64,000 nt of DNA from Vicinamibacterales bacterium. Its GTDB lineage: Bacteria > Acidobacteriota > Vicinamibacteria > Vicinamibacterales > UBA8438. The position numbers and the translations under genes are program-made. The notes below the pieces were generated by a model, which worked only from the letters and a program-made list of their open reading frames with translations, made no database searches and was not told the DNA's origin. Of the stretch, positions 31,333-39,951 are shown piece by piece (within the stretch, counting starts at the first letter, position 1; every line of letters begins with the position of its first letter). Location: contig OZ253664.1 in the NCBI GenBank assembly GCA_965263195.1, forward strand, positions 3,893,045-3,957,044. Direction: 5' to 3'.

Positions 31333-31400
31333 GTGATCCCGCCGCCCGTGCTCGGACCCTTCGAAGTCATCTGCGCGAACGGCCCGGGCGGCGGGATCAC
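31333..31400. repeat. perfect 16-bp inverted repeat with 36-nt spacer
   Basis: GTGATCCCGCCGCCCG (31333-31348) and CGGGCGGCGGGATCAC (31385-31400). Confidence 0.9.
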
Positions 31401-31530
31401 GTGGAAGCCGCCAGCGGGCCAGGGTACGAAGCGACCCCGCCGCCCTTGTTGTCACGGCTTCTGAAGTGGTCCGACGTTATACGCCCGGGCGGCGGAGTCA
31501 GGTCGAAGATAGCAGACCGGGCCGGGCCGC

Positions 31531-31908
31531 CTACGATGGCGGATTCCACGCCCGCGGCCAGACTTTTGGGGATGGCTTCGGCGCCGGCGGCGGCGCGTCG
31601 TTCCAGGTTTCGGCCATTAGCGCCAGCAACACGTGCGCCCGACGCAGCCGGGCGATATCGGCCTTGGTCAGCGCGACCGTGGTGTACGGCATGCCGGACC
31701 CGGACACCCACGGCGCAGCGGCGAAGCGTTCGCTCCCGATTTCAACGAAGCCGCCCGCCGCCGCGTCGGCTTTCAGGATGACTTCGCGCGCGTCGATATC
31801 GATCGCGCATGGGCTGAACAGGTCGCCACCGTTCAGCACCGCCTTGTCGCACAGGAACGGCCGGTCGTAGAACTTGCCGCCGCCCGGCGTCTTCTTCGTT
31901 GAAGTCAT
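31531..31908 (-). CDS. hypothetical protein (phage/integrative-element-like operon)
   Basis: MTSTKKTPGGGKFYDRPFLCDKAVLNGGDLF.... Start ATG 31908 is preferred, though the track ORF extends to 32043. The C-terminal Pro-rich tail is of doubtful frame. Confidence 0.45.
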   Translation of the reverse strand: MTSTKKTPGGGKFYDRPFLCDKAVLNGGDLFSPCAIDIDAREVILKADAAAGGFVEIGSERFAAAPWVSGSGMPYTTVALTKADIARLRRAHVLLALMAETWNDAPPPAPKPSPKVWPRAWNPPS

Positions 31909-32155
31909 CGCTCTACACGGCCGGGCGGCGGCACGGTGTAAGGCGGCGGGCCGCTCGTACTTCTCAGAGGTTGTCTGCTTCGTCTGCTCCCGCTCATGCT
32001 CGATGCTTCCCGATACATATACCCCGGCCCGCCGTGCCACCATCCCCGCGCCGGCCGGCCGCTGCCACGTAGGCGCACATCACTTCGCCAGCTCAGCCGT
32101 CGTCATGCACTTCGGGTTGCTCGGCTCGCTCACGTCGTATCCCCTTTCAGCGCGG

Positions 32156-32338
32156 CTAATCGTCGTGCCAGTCCTCGCACCAGTCGTTTTTCTTGGTCTC
32201 CGGCCACGCGCTCGTCGCGTCCAGCAGCGGTTGCGGCGGGTGCAGGCGGCACTCTCCCATGTTGGGACTTTGGTAGTTGGATGGGGACTCCTTCCAGGCG
32301 TTGCACGTTGCGCAAACTCGCCCTTTTGCTCGGCTCAT
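32156..32338 (-). CDS. small Cys/Trp-rich phage-type hypothetical protein
   Basis: 60 aa, MSRAKGRVCATCNAWKESPSNYQSPNMGECRLHPPQP...DWCEDWHDD. Confidence 0.55.
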   Translation of the reverse strand: MSRAKGRVCATCNAWKESPSNYQSPNMGECRLHPPQPLLDATSAWPETKKNDWCEDWHDD

Positions 32339-32393
32339 GGCTTCTCTCCTTGTTCCGCCAGCTGGCGCTCGCGCGTTCGGTTGGTTCCCATAC

Positions 32394-32627
32394 TCAGTGC
32401 ACCGTTGGTTCGCCTCGCAGGTCAGCCGGCACGGTGTCGAGCAGCTCGCGGCGGCAGGCGTCGAGAATCTTCGCGCCGCGCGGTTCGGGCCATGTGTCGG
32501 CTACGTTCCAGATCGCGCCGACAAGCGCCGCCATGACGATACGGCACTTCACCTCATCCGCGCCGCTGTGCTCTGCCACGTAGGCGCAGATGGCGTCCGT
32601 CAGGTCGTTCAGTGTTGGGGCCTTCAT
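32394..32627 (-). CDS. hypothetical protein
   Basis: 77 aa. Its ATG overlaps the upstream gene's stop (ATGA). Confidence 0.55.
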   Translation of the reverse strand: MKAPTLNDLTDAICAYVAEHSGADEVKCRIVMAALVGAIWNVADTWPEPRGAKILDACRRELLDTVPADLRGEPTVH

Positions 32628-32812
32628 GGCGTCTCCTCGCTGCGCTGCTGCGCCTTGCGTCGGATCACGTCGGCCAGGTGCGGCTCCCAGATGCGAATTT
32701 CCGCCGACGTCATCTGGGCCATCATGTCCAGCGCCAGGGACTGAATCTCATCCTCGGTCATGTTCGGGTGGATGCGGCCGCGGTCGATCTTGATCATCCT
32801 CGATGCGCTCAT
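32624..32812 (-). CDS. hypothetical protein
   Basis: MSASRMIKIDRGRIHPNMTEDEIQSLALDMMAQMTSAEIRIWEPHLADVIRRKAQQRSEETP. ATGA overlaps at both ends. Confidence 0.5.
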   Translation of the reverse strand: MSASRMIKIDRGRIHPNMTEDEIQSLALDMMAQMTSAEIRIWEPHLADVIRRKAQQRSEETP

Positions 32813-33114
32813 GGCGTCTCTCCCACCGCGGCGTCGTGGGCCGCGTTCAACTGCGCCACGTCTACCCCGAGATCCGCGGCCATCTTCCGGGCTATCGTCG
32901 GCGACCACTTCTCGCGGCGCTTGCTCCGGACGCTTGGCGGGCACTGCTCGCAGGCTCGGTGGCCGCGGGTCCGGCTGCCGGTGCGGTCCGGACCGTTGCC
33001 GGCAGCGCACGGCTGCGCCGTTGCTGCGATACTGGTCCAGCCGGCGCGCTTCCCGCCGGGCCACAACCGCCCGTCTTCGGCCGGCAGCCCCGGCAGCCGA
33101 GCCTGCCTTCCCAT
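32809..33114 (-). CDS. hypothetical small DNA-binding-like protein
   Basis: ATG 33114. The C-terminus ...RREKWSPTIARKMAADLGVDVAQLNAAHDAAV looks HTH-like. The track ORF to 33588 is antisense to a better + strand gene. Confidence 0.4.
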   Translation of the reverse strand: MGRQARLPGLPAEDGRLWPGGKRAGWTSIAATAQPCAAGNGPDRTGSRTRGHRACEQCPPSVRSKRREKWSPTIARKMAADLGVDVAQLNAAHDAAVGETP

Positions 33115-33153
33115 TATCGTGAATGATTCGGGAGACAGAGAGGGCGCGCGCCC

Positions 33154-33495
33154 ATGACCAACGGGCCGGCGATCGTCATCAAAGGGAAGTGTTACTTTTG
33201 GCCCGGCGGACTTCGAACCCTGACGCCGCTCGACCCCCACCGGGAACCCAACAGTCAGACTTTCTGGTTCAGTGTGCGGCTTGAGCCGGGGAACAAGGAA
33301 GTGTTTTTTCGGATCGCTTTGGAAGCGATCCAGCGGATGCCGGAGAACACGCCCCAGGGGCGCGGCAAGCACCTTGTAGAACGGCTGATCGCCTGGATCA
33401 AAGAGAGCCCAGACCATCAGTTGGAGGATCTCAACGACTTCCAGGTCTACGTCTCGGACGCCGGCGATACGAGGGTAGAACCTTACGATGGCTGA
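33154..33495 (+). CDS. hypothetical protein upstream of the recombinase remnant
   Basis: 113 aa with balanced composition (MTNGPAIVIKGKCYFWPGG...). Its stop overlaps the next ATG (ATGgcTGA). Confidence 0.55.
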   Translation: MTNGPAIVIKGKCYFWPGGLRTLTPLDPHREPNSQTFWFSVRLEPGNKEVFFRIALEAIQRMPENTPQGRGKHLVERLIAWIKESPDHQLEDLNDFQVYVSDAGDTRVEPYDG

Positions 33496-33880
33496 TTCGG
33501 GTGCCGTGGTCGTGCCGGCGGAGATGGCCATCGGCCGCCCCACGGCGACCGCGCGCCGCCTGGTCAACGCGTCGATGAACGACAACACCCGCCGCGCTTA
33601 CGCCTGCGCCCTGGGCTAGCTCGCCGGCCTCCGGCTCGATGACGCGGCCCTGGCAGCCTACCTCGCCGAGCTCCACGACGCCGGCCGCGCCGCCTCGAGC
33701 GCCGCGATGGCGGTCGCCGCGGCGCGGTTCCGGGCCAAGCTGGCCGGCCAGAAGGACCCCGCCGCCGCGCGGACCGCCCGAGTGCTCGCCGGCTACCGGC
33801 GAACCGCCAGCGATCGCGGCCAGGCCAGCTCGTTCAGCGCCGCGGCCGCCGTCGTCGATGCCGCCGCGATGGGGCTAGTA
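33488..33880 (+). pseudogene. tyrosine recombinase/integrase, N-terminal SAM-like domain only, with an in-frame TAG
   Basis: ...SMNDNTRRAYACALG*LAGLRLDDAALAAYLAELHDAGRAASSAAMAVAAARFRAKLAG...VLAGYRRTASDRGQA. TAG at 33617-33619. The catalytic domain is absent and homology stops before the IS at 33944. Confidence 0.7.
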
Positions 33881-33943
33881 TTAAGGTTTGAACTTCTACG
33901 GTTCCTACGACCCGACCAGCGACGCAGACCGGAAACTTCACCG

Positions 33944-35351
33944 CTAGCAGCCTGTGGCAGAACTGCCTTCTTGCAGCCCTGACAGAATGTGTGAATGAGT
34001 CGGCGTCATCGGGCGAATCCACGATGGAGCGGTCCAATTTTCCGACAGGAGTGCCGCTGAGCGCGATACGAGGCCCCAGAAGCGGCGCAATGCGAGCAGC
34101 AAGGCGTCGACGAGGGCATAGGCGCGGCCCTGGAGGCCGCGCGGCGTCCCGACGCGGAGCAGTTGCCGCATGAGCAGCCCGAGATTCAAGCCGCAGACCT
34201 GCAGGAGCAGGCGCTTGAGGATGTTGCCGTGTCCGCGCAGATGCACCCGGCGCATCCCTCCGGTGGCGTAGAGATGCGCATTGGGACGTTCGAGGCGTTC
34301 ACCGCGCCGACGCAGCAGCCGCTTACCGCGTGCGCCGCGAATCCGTCGCCGGTTGGCATACACCGCGTCACGGGCGACGTGCTTCCCGCGCCAGTTGCGC
34401 CGGCCCCGGTCGGGCTCCGACACGTAGCTGCGGATCTCCACCGCGGCCAACGTGACCAGTGTCTGGTTGCTGTGGTAGCCCTTGTCGCAGACCAGCTCCG
34501 CGATGCCGGGCCCCGCCGGCAGCACCGCGTCGACCTGCTCGGCGGCGGTAACCAGCGTCTCGAGCATCGTCTGGGTATCGCCCGCATCCGCGTCCTGGAC
34601 ACTGACGCCGACCACCGCGCCCGTCTCCAGGTCCACGGCGCGGTTGGCCTTGTGCGCCAAGCGCGTCCTGCCGTCCTTCATCTTCGTGATCTTCGCGTCC
34701 GGGTCCTTGGGATGCGTCCAGTCGTCGTTGGACCCCTTCTTCGGGCGCTTGCGGTCGAAGCGGGCCAGTTCGGGCGCGCGTCGGCGTGGGGATGCCCGAC
34801 GCCGCCGCCAGTCCGCGCAGGAACGTCTCGTAATCCGCGCCCGTATCCCGGCGTACGATGCTGCGAAGCGCCGCATTGGCTTCCAGCGTCGTCGCGTCGA
34901 TGCCGACCGTCTTGCCCCCGACCAGGCCCGCGTCGGCCAGCCGCTGCAGCACCCAGGTGAAGACCGCCAGGTGCGTCTCGACGTCGATCCGACGCCGCGT
35001 GCGCGACACCGTCGAGTGGTCCGGCGGCGCCGCGTCGAGCGACACGTCGAGCAGCTGCCGCAGGCTCAGCGAATCGGCGGCCCGCCACGCAATCGCCCGT
35101 TCCGAGTCCAGCCCCTCGAAGTAGCCGAGCAGCAGCATCCGGAAGTAGCGGCCCGGCGCCAGACTCGGCCGACCGACCCCGTCGGCATAGAACTTGGCGC
35201 ACTGCTCCTCGACGAAGGCGTCGAAGCCCGCCGCGTCGAGAACACGATTCAGGCGTTCGTAAAACGGATGGCCCGCGCTGCGCGGCAGGTCCGAACTGGA
35301 CACCCACATCGACGGCTGCCGCCAGCCACGGCGGCGCTTGCCCATTGCCAT
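33944..35351 (-). CDS. DDE transposase of the IS5/IS1182-like element, encoded in two frames
   Basis: N-part (35351 down): ...HPFYERLNRVLDAAGFDAF...RPSLAPGRYFRMLLLGYFEGLDSERA.... C-part: ...ELARFDRKRPKKGSNDDWTHPKDPDAKITKMKDGRTRLAHK...DKGYHS.... The frames join at a C/G run (34772-34774). The stop lies in the terminal CTAG. Confidence 0.8.
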
Positions 35352-35420
35352 GGAAGGAAGTGTAGTACGGCAGATCGACCCTGTCGATCCCTATCCCGGA
35401 CTTTCACCACAGGCTGCTAG
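33944..35420 (-). mobile_element. IS5/IS1182-like insertion sequence, copy 2 (complete, 1477 bp)
   Basis: Terminal inverted repeats CTAGCAGCCTGTGG (33944-33957) and CCACAGGCTGCTAG (35407-35420). Confidence 0.88.
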
Positions 35421-35570
35421 GCAACGACGGTGGTGAACACATTACCTAAGTTATGCCAAGCCTTAAGCACCGCCTACTGATATCAGGCATCTACACGATC
35501 TTCGTAGGCTTCATTCTTGGATGGGTGAGGCGCCCCCAGTTTTCTTGGACACGGATTAAGGGAGAATCCG

Positions 35571-36008
35571 ATGTCAAAGGAGGTGGGGGGCATGGTTCAG
35601 TCGAGGAGGGTGCAGGGAGCGGGGTCGGCGCGGACGGAGGGAGCCCGGAGGGCGAGCGGAGTCGGCGCCGACGGCGCGGCGGTTGGGGCGGGGGCCTTGG
35701 CGCCCGGCCAGCGGTGGAGCGCGAGCCGGAAACGGGACGTGGTGTTGCGGCTGCTGCGCGGCGAGTCGCTGGAGATGGTCTCGCGTGAAGTCGGGGTAGA
35801 GCTCTATCGCCTGGAGGCGTGGCAGGCGCGGGCGCTGGCCGGTCTCGAGCTCGGTCTGAAGGCGCAGGCCGGTGAGCCGCTGGCCGCCGAGCTGGATGCC
35901 GCCAAGCGCCACATTGGCGAGCTGTCGATGGAGATTGAGCTGTTGCGGGAGCGTGCCCGCGCAGCGGAGTGTCGCCTCCCTTTAGCGACGCGGAGGTCGC
36001 GACGATGA
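35571..36008 (+). CDS. IS orfA (HTH/leucine-zipper transposase N-terminal protein)
   Basis: 145 aa, ...RKRDVVLRLLRGESLEMVSREVGVELYRLEAWQARAL...IGELSMEIELLRER.... Confidence 0.85.
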   Translation: MSKEVGGMVQSRRVQGAGSARTEGARRASGVGADGAAVGAGALAPGQRWSASRKRDVVLRLLRGESLEMVSREVGVELYRLEAWQARALAGLELGLKAQAGEPLAAELDAAKRHIGELSMEIELLRERARAAECRLPLATRRSRR

Positions 36009-36904
36009 GCCGAGCGACCTCCGCGACGACGGGGCGGCGCTATGGTCTCAAGCGGGTGTGTCGAACGTGGGATAGGTCGCGCTCGGCGCTCTACGCGCGG
36101 CGGGCTTGTTTGCGGCGCCCAGAGCGGGGTGATGGCCCGGCGCGCCGCGGGCCGACGCCCGCACTGTCGGATGCGCAGCTGCTGGCGGCCATTCGCACTG
36201 ACCTGGCCCGCTCACCGTTCCAGGGCGAGGGCCATCGCAAGGTCCACGCGCGGCTGCGGATCCTCGACCGGATCCGAGTCTCCCGGACGCGGGTGTTGCG
36301 CGTGATGCGCACGCAGGGGCTGCTCTCGCCGCACCGCGGGCGGCAGGGTGAGATGAAAGCGCACGAGGGGACGATTGTCACCTCGGCGCCCGACGTCATG
36401 TGGGGTACCGACGGCGTGCGGGTGTTCACGGCGGAGGACGGCTGGGTCTGGACCTTCGCGGCGGTGGACCACTGGAACGCCGAGTGCGTGGGCTGGCATG
36501 TGTGCAAGGTGGGGAACCGTTTTGCCGCCCTCGAGCCGATCGCGCAAGGGCTCGGGCGACACTACGGCTCGGTCGAGGCGGACGTGGCCCGCGGGCTGGC
36601 GCTACGGATGGATCACGGCAGCCAGTATCTCTCGGACCACTTTCTCAACCAGCTCCGCTACTGGGGCATCCACCCCAGCTTCGGCTTCGTTGAAGAGCCG
36701 GAAACCAACGGCGTCGTCGAGCGCTGGAATCGCACGCTCAAGGAGCAAGCCATCTACGGCCGGGTCTTTCGAAACCTCGCCGAGGTGCGCGCCGCCGTCG
36801 CCGAGTTCGTCGAACGCTACAACCAGTGCTGGCGCCTCGAGAAGCTGGCGTATCGCACGCCGCTCGAAGCGCGCGAGGAATACGAGCTGCGCCATGCCGC
36901 GTAG
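35969..36904 (+). CDS. IS orfB (rve/DDE integrase-core transposase), expressed as an OrfAB fusion by -1 frameshifting
   Basis: ...WGTDGVRVFTAEDGWVWTFAAVDHWNAECVGW...MDHGSQYLSDHF...PETNGVVERWNRTLKEQ.... The -1 frame is entered at the slippery site. Confidence 0.88.
   Translation: MSPPFSDAEVATMSRATSATTGRRYGLKRVCRTWDRSRSALYARRACLRRPERGDGPARRGPTPALSDAQLLAAIRTDLARSPFQGEGHRKVHARLRILDRIRVSRTRVLRVMRTQGLLSPHRGRQGEMKAHEGTIVTSAPDVMWGTDGVRVFTAEDGWVWTFAAVDHWNAECVGWHVCKVGNRFAALEPIAQGLGRHYGSVEADVARGLALRMDHGSQYLSDHFLNQLRYWGIHPSFGFVEEPETNGVVERWNRTLKEQAIYGRVFRNLAEVRAAVAEFVERYNQCWRLEKLAYRTPLEAREEYELRHAA
35978..36025 (+). promoter_or_regulatory. programmed -1 ribosomal frameshift signal (slippery heptamer plus stem-loop)
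   Basis: C CCT TTA (35978-35984) is X XXY YYZ in the orfA frame. 4 nt later a perfect 12-bp stem forms: CGCGGAGGTCGC (35989-36000) / GCGACCTCCGCG (36014-36025), with a 13-nt loop. Confidence 0.8.
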
Positions 36905-37087
36905 CGCAAACGTGTGTCCAAGAAACCGGGTGCGGTACACATTCTTGGATGGGCTGAAAGCTTCACTTCTGGATGGCATTTCCTAAAGCTGCTCGGAATC
37001 ATCGCTCTACTGCCGATGTTTAAAGCGTTTGTCCCCGGCAATGAGCACATCTTCTTCACCCATGGCTACTGGCGACGTCTGTTCGGC

Positions 37088-37929
37088 CTAACCCTGGACT
37101 AATTTCCGAGCGGTTTTGGCTGGGGTGTTGAGACGCCGGCCGCGGCCATCCGCCGCCGTCGAAACTTCAAGCATCGAGCCATCCCGGCAGCGGTAGCGGT
37201 CCCATGCGCCGCCCCGCGAGCGGCCGAGGTAGCGCACGACGCCATCGAGCCGGATCGGCTCGTTCAGCGCTTCAACCTCCCGACACCAAGCGGCCAGGGT
37301 ATCGGCCGCCGACTGGACCCGACGCCTACCCGGCACGAACCGGACCCCCGCCGCCCATATCCTCAACCAGCCAGCGCCACACCGCCCGGCCGCAGCGCCG
37401 CACAGCGACCCGCAAAACGCCGGCAGTCTGACGCCGCCGCAGGAGCTCCACCGGCACCGCCGACGCCGACCCGCGCAGGTCCTCACCCGCCGCGGCCCGT
37501 TCCACCCACGGCCGCAGCCACTCCGCATCATCGCCGGCCGACTCGCCCAACCACTCAGCCGGCAGCGCCCGCAACCGCCGCAGGACCGCCACCCGGCCCA
37601 CGTCAGCCGGCGCGCACTCTGGATACCGTCTCAGCACGCGCAGCGCCAACGGCACACCCAAATCAGCCGCTCGAGCATCGGCCCGCAACGCCCGCACCCA
37701 GGCCAGCGAGCGGCCCATCAGCCGACGTCGGCAGGGCCGGCGCGTAACGCGGCCCCACCGGCACCGGCCCGACCGGCGGCAGCGGTAGCCACGATACCCC
37801 CGCGGCCGGCACGACGACGACCGGCACATCCCGCAGCCCGGACACGTCGACGACCGGAGTCAACACCCGGTTATCCGGACCCGGCCCGCCGGCCGGCGAT
37901 GTCCCCTTGTTGCTCATGTTGTTGCTCAT
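37088..37929 (-). pseudogene. hypothetical gene(s), reading frame ambiguous or frameshifted
   Basis: Three overlapping minus-strand ORFs in different frames each hold protein-like stretches: MSNNMSNKGTSPAGG... from ATG 37929, ...LAWVRALRADARAADLGVPLALRVLRRYPECAP..., and ...AADTLAAWCREVEALNEPIRLDGVVRY.... This cannot be resolved by eye in such GC-rich DNA. Confidence 0.3.
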
Positions 37930-38043
37930 GCTCGCCCCTCGTTCACCTGTCAAGCTCCCGCATCGGGGCCGCTGCCACCCCGCGCACCCCTATAGCCGCG
38001 TCATGGCCGCCGGGTCGGCCTGACTCACGCTTAGTTGCCCGAG

Positions 38044-38268
38044 CTAGGTTCCGTCCTTCATCAACATCTTGCAGAACAGCCTCACCACGTCGGCCATAGC
38101 ATGCTTGTACTCCTGGGACTTCTTGCGACCCTTGTACTCGACCTGCTTTTCCATAGCAGCAGCGGCCAGTTCGCGCTCCTGGGCTAGATCCTTCTTCCAA
38201 GCGAAATCCCTGAACTTATCGAGAACGATGTTGAGTGCATCTTTACAGCCTTGTTCTCTGTCAGTCAT
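38044..38268 (-). CDS. hypothetical small Lys/Glu-rich protein
   Basis: 74 aa, noticeably AT-richer. Preceded by a tandem 13-bp duplication containing the SD (ACAGGCGGAAGGT x2 on the coding strand, 38277-38302). Confidence 0.55.
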   Translation of the reverse strand: MTDREQGCKDALNIVLDKFRDFAWKKDLAQERELAAAAMEKQVEYKGRKKSQEYKHAMADVVRLFCKMLMKDGT

Positions 38269-38666
38269 GGTCGGTTACCTTCCGCCTGTACCTTCCGCCT
38301 GTGTGAACACCGAGTCTCAAATACGGCCTCGCCTTTCTAGGACGTTTCCGGGCCATTTGGATTCTACTGGTGGAGACCCCGCCACCATGGTGGCTCCCCC
38401 CCCACGCGCTGTGGGGATCGCGGCGTGACGTCCAAGGCGCCAGATGCGTCGTTTGGCCTGCGCCAGCGGACCGGCTGGGTGGTTTGGCCCCGAGGCCCTG
38501 CTGCTCACGCTGCTGACACGGCGGCAACAGACGCGGCAAGTTGCCGTAGGGCAGCTTGTGACGTAGCCCGGTCGCCGACGTGAACAAACCCGCCGCGCTT
38601 CTGCTGGTCGTCTGTGCTCATCGCCACCCGCCTTTCACGAGTTCCACCGAAGGATACTAGAGGTCG

Positions 38667-38921
38667 ATGCCAAAGGTTCGTGAGGCCATCAAGCTGATCG
38701 AAGCCGATGGCTGGCGGAAGGTGACCACGAAAGGCAGCCACCGTCAGTTCAAGTACCCGAGGAAGACCGGACGGGTCACGATTGCGGGACGGCTGTCGGA
38801 CGACTTGGCACCAGGCACGTACACCTCAAGAACGGCGCTGCGCGCGCCGTCGCCGCGGCGCCAGAGGGCCGCGTGGTTCCGCTCTCGCCGCAGGCGGTGG
38901 GGCTGCAGTTTACGGCCGTGA
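38667..38921 (+). pseudogene. HicA-family toxin with aberrant C-terminus, no adjacent HicB
   Basis: MPKVREAIKLIEADGWRKVTTKGSHRQFKYPRKTGRVTIAGRLSDDLAPGT... is canonical HicA. After PGT the frame runs into an Arg/Pro-rich tail instead of the short conserved end. Confidence 0.6.
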
Positions 38922-39005
38922 TGCTCGCGTATGAGGCAAGAACTCGTGCTGCGGTCCGACAGGATTTCCAATCGACATGTGTACCGGCACGCGGTACATT
39001 CCCTC

Positions 39006-39136
39006 ATGATCCGAAGGTTTCGTCATCGCGGACTGAAGGGGTACTGGAGCATTTCAGTTTCCGGCACAACTGGCGGGTGATCTTCCGCTTCGAAGATGGC
39101 GATGCCTACGACGTCGACCTGATCGACTACCACTAG
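39006..39136 (+). pseudogene. HigB (RelE/ParE-superfamily killer) remnant: internal deletion plus frameshift
   Basis: ATG 39006 gives [20 protein letters not shown], then a 2-nt shift into [22 protein letters not shown]. The middle roughly half of a normal HigB is missing. Confidence 0.75.
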
Positions 39137-39150
39137 CAGGAGGCAGCAAC

Positions 39151-39447
39151 ATGGCAATGAGCAATCCCCCGCATCCCGGACGCAGTATCCGCGAGAACTG
39201 CCTGGCCCCGCTCGGTTTGAACGTGACCGAAGCGGCGAAGGTGCTGGGTGTCGCCCGTCACACCCTCTCGCGGGTTCTGAACGGCCACGCGGCCATCTCC
39301 TCGGAGATGGCCATTCGGCTTGAGAAGGCGGGCTGGTCCAATGCCGAGTTCTGGCTGCGCCGACAGACCACTTGGGATCTCGTCCAGGCGCGCAAGGACG
39401 AAGACCGGATCAACGTCGAGCGATACCAGCCGCAGCCGTCGGTCTGA
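39151..39447 (+). CDS. higA: HigA-family antitoxin (XRE HTH)
   Basis: 98 aa, ...[55 protein letters not shown].... Intact. Confidence 0.85.
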   Translation: MAMSNPPHPGRSIRENCLAPLGLNVTEAAKVLGVARHTLSRVLNGHAAISSEMAIRLEKAGWSNAEFWLRRQTTWDLVQARKDEDRINVERYQPQPSV

Positions 39448-39550
39448 AGTGATGCAGATCTCATGCTGCAACGGCCACGTGTCATCTCGTCAGAAGGCGG
39501 AGGGCACTCGCCGCAACGGGTCTTCAGGCAACAACACCTTATGGTCCTGT

Positions 39551-39778
39551 GGAGGCGGCGGGACCTGCACCCGCCGCCAGGCGGATCGGGAACAGGTTCC
39601 CGCCTCCTCCACTATTTCTCCACGACCCGGGTCGACTCCAGGGGACTCAGGTGGATTCCAGTAGACTCGGCGGCTGCCGACAAACGCTTGACGTCGAACG
39701 TGTTAGACCACAAACTACGCGTCGTCAGTCAGTTACCGAAACACGCTCGCACGGGTTCGACTCCCGCCGCCTCCACCA
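39551..39778 (+). repeat. ssrA 3'-end remnant block A, ending in a perfect 27-nt copy of the tmRNA 3' terminus (attR-like)
   Basis: 39752-39778 CGGGTTCGACTCCCGCCGCCTCCACCA equals 24668-24694. Upstream lie weaker look-alikes of the same end (39595-39614, 39628-39639) and of the ssrA GTAGA..CGGCGG motif (39659-39673). Confidence 0.85.
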
Positions 39779-39916
39779 CTAAGCCGTTTACGGTCAATGG
39801 CTTACGGTCGTCACTTCCCTGCGCGCGTACCCGTGTCGTCCCAATATGGCAGGTCGGCGGAAATCCGCCGCCGTCACCGATACCGCGGCCCACGGATCTG
39901 GTCGATCGCCGCTACT

Positions 39917-39935
39917 GCTTGCACATATTGCAAGC
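39917..39935. promoter_or_regulatory. palindromic operator-like site upstream of hicA/hicB
   Basis: GCTTGCA-catat-TGCAAGC, 17 nt upstream of the hicA-like ATG. Confidence 0.4.
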
Positions 39936-39951
39936 ATCCGTTAGCGTTCCA

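Larger units (their letters stand above)
35526..36939 (+). mobile_element. IS3/IS481-superfamily insertion sequence, copy 1 (1414 bp, TG...CA ends)
   Basis: About 28-bp imperfect IRs (GTGAGGCGCCCCCAGTTTTCTTGGACAC versus reverse complement GTGTACCGCACCCGGTTTCTTGGACAC). Flanked by direct repeat CATTCTTGGATGGG (35512-35525 and 36940-36953). Near-identical to 59293-60706. Confidence 0.9.
35453..37102 (+). pseudogene. small membrane protein gene split by IS insertion
   Basis: MPSLKHRLLISGIYTIFVGFILGW | IS | (ILGW)AESFTSGWHFLKLLGIIALLPMFKAF...LTLD*. The ILGW codons are duplicated as the target-site duplication. Confidence 0.7.

Noticed and set aside
39551-39778. Block A as a functional tRNA-like or mini-tmRNA gene, since its 5' GGAGGCG could pair with the 3' CGCCTCC-ACCA acceptor strand
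   Set aside because: Position 3 would be A-U rather than the G-U alanine identity pair. There is no D-arm-like or tag-like region. The T-stem has a mismatch. The homologous block B has lost both ends, and its substitutions are not compensatory.
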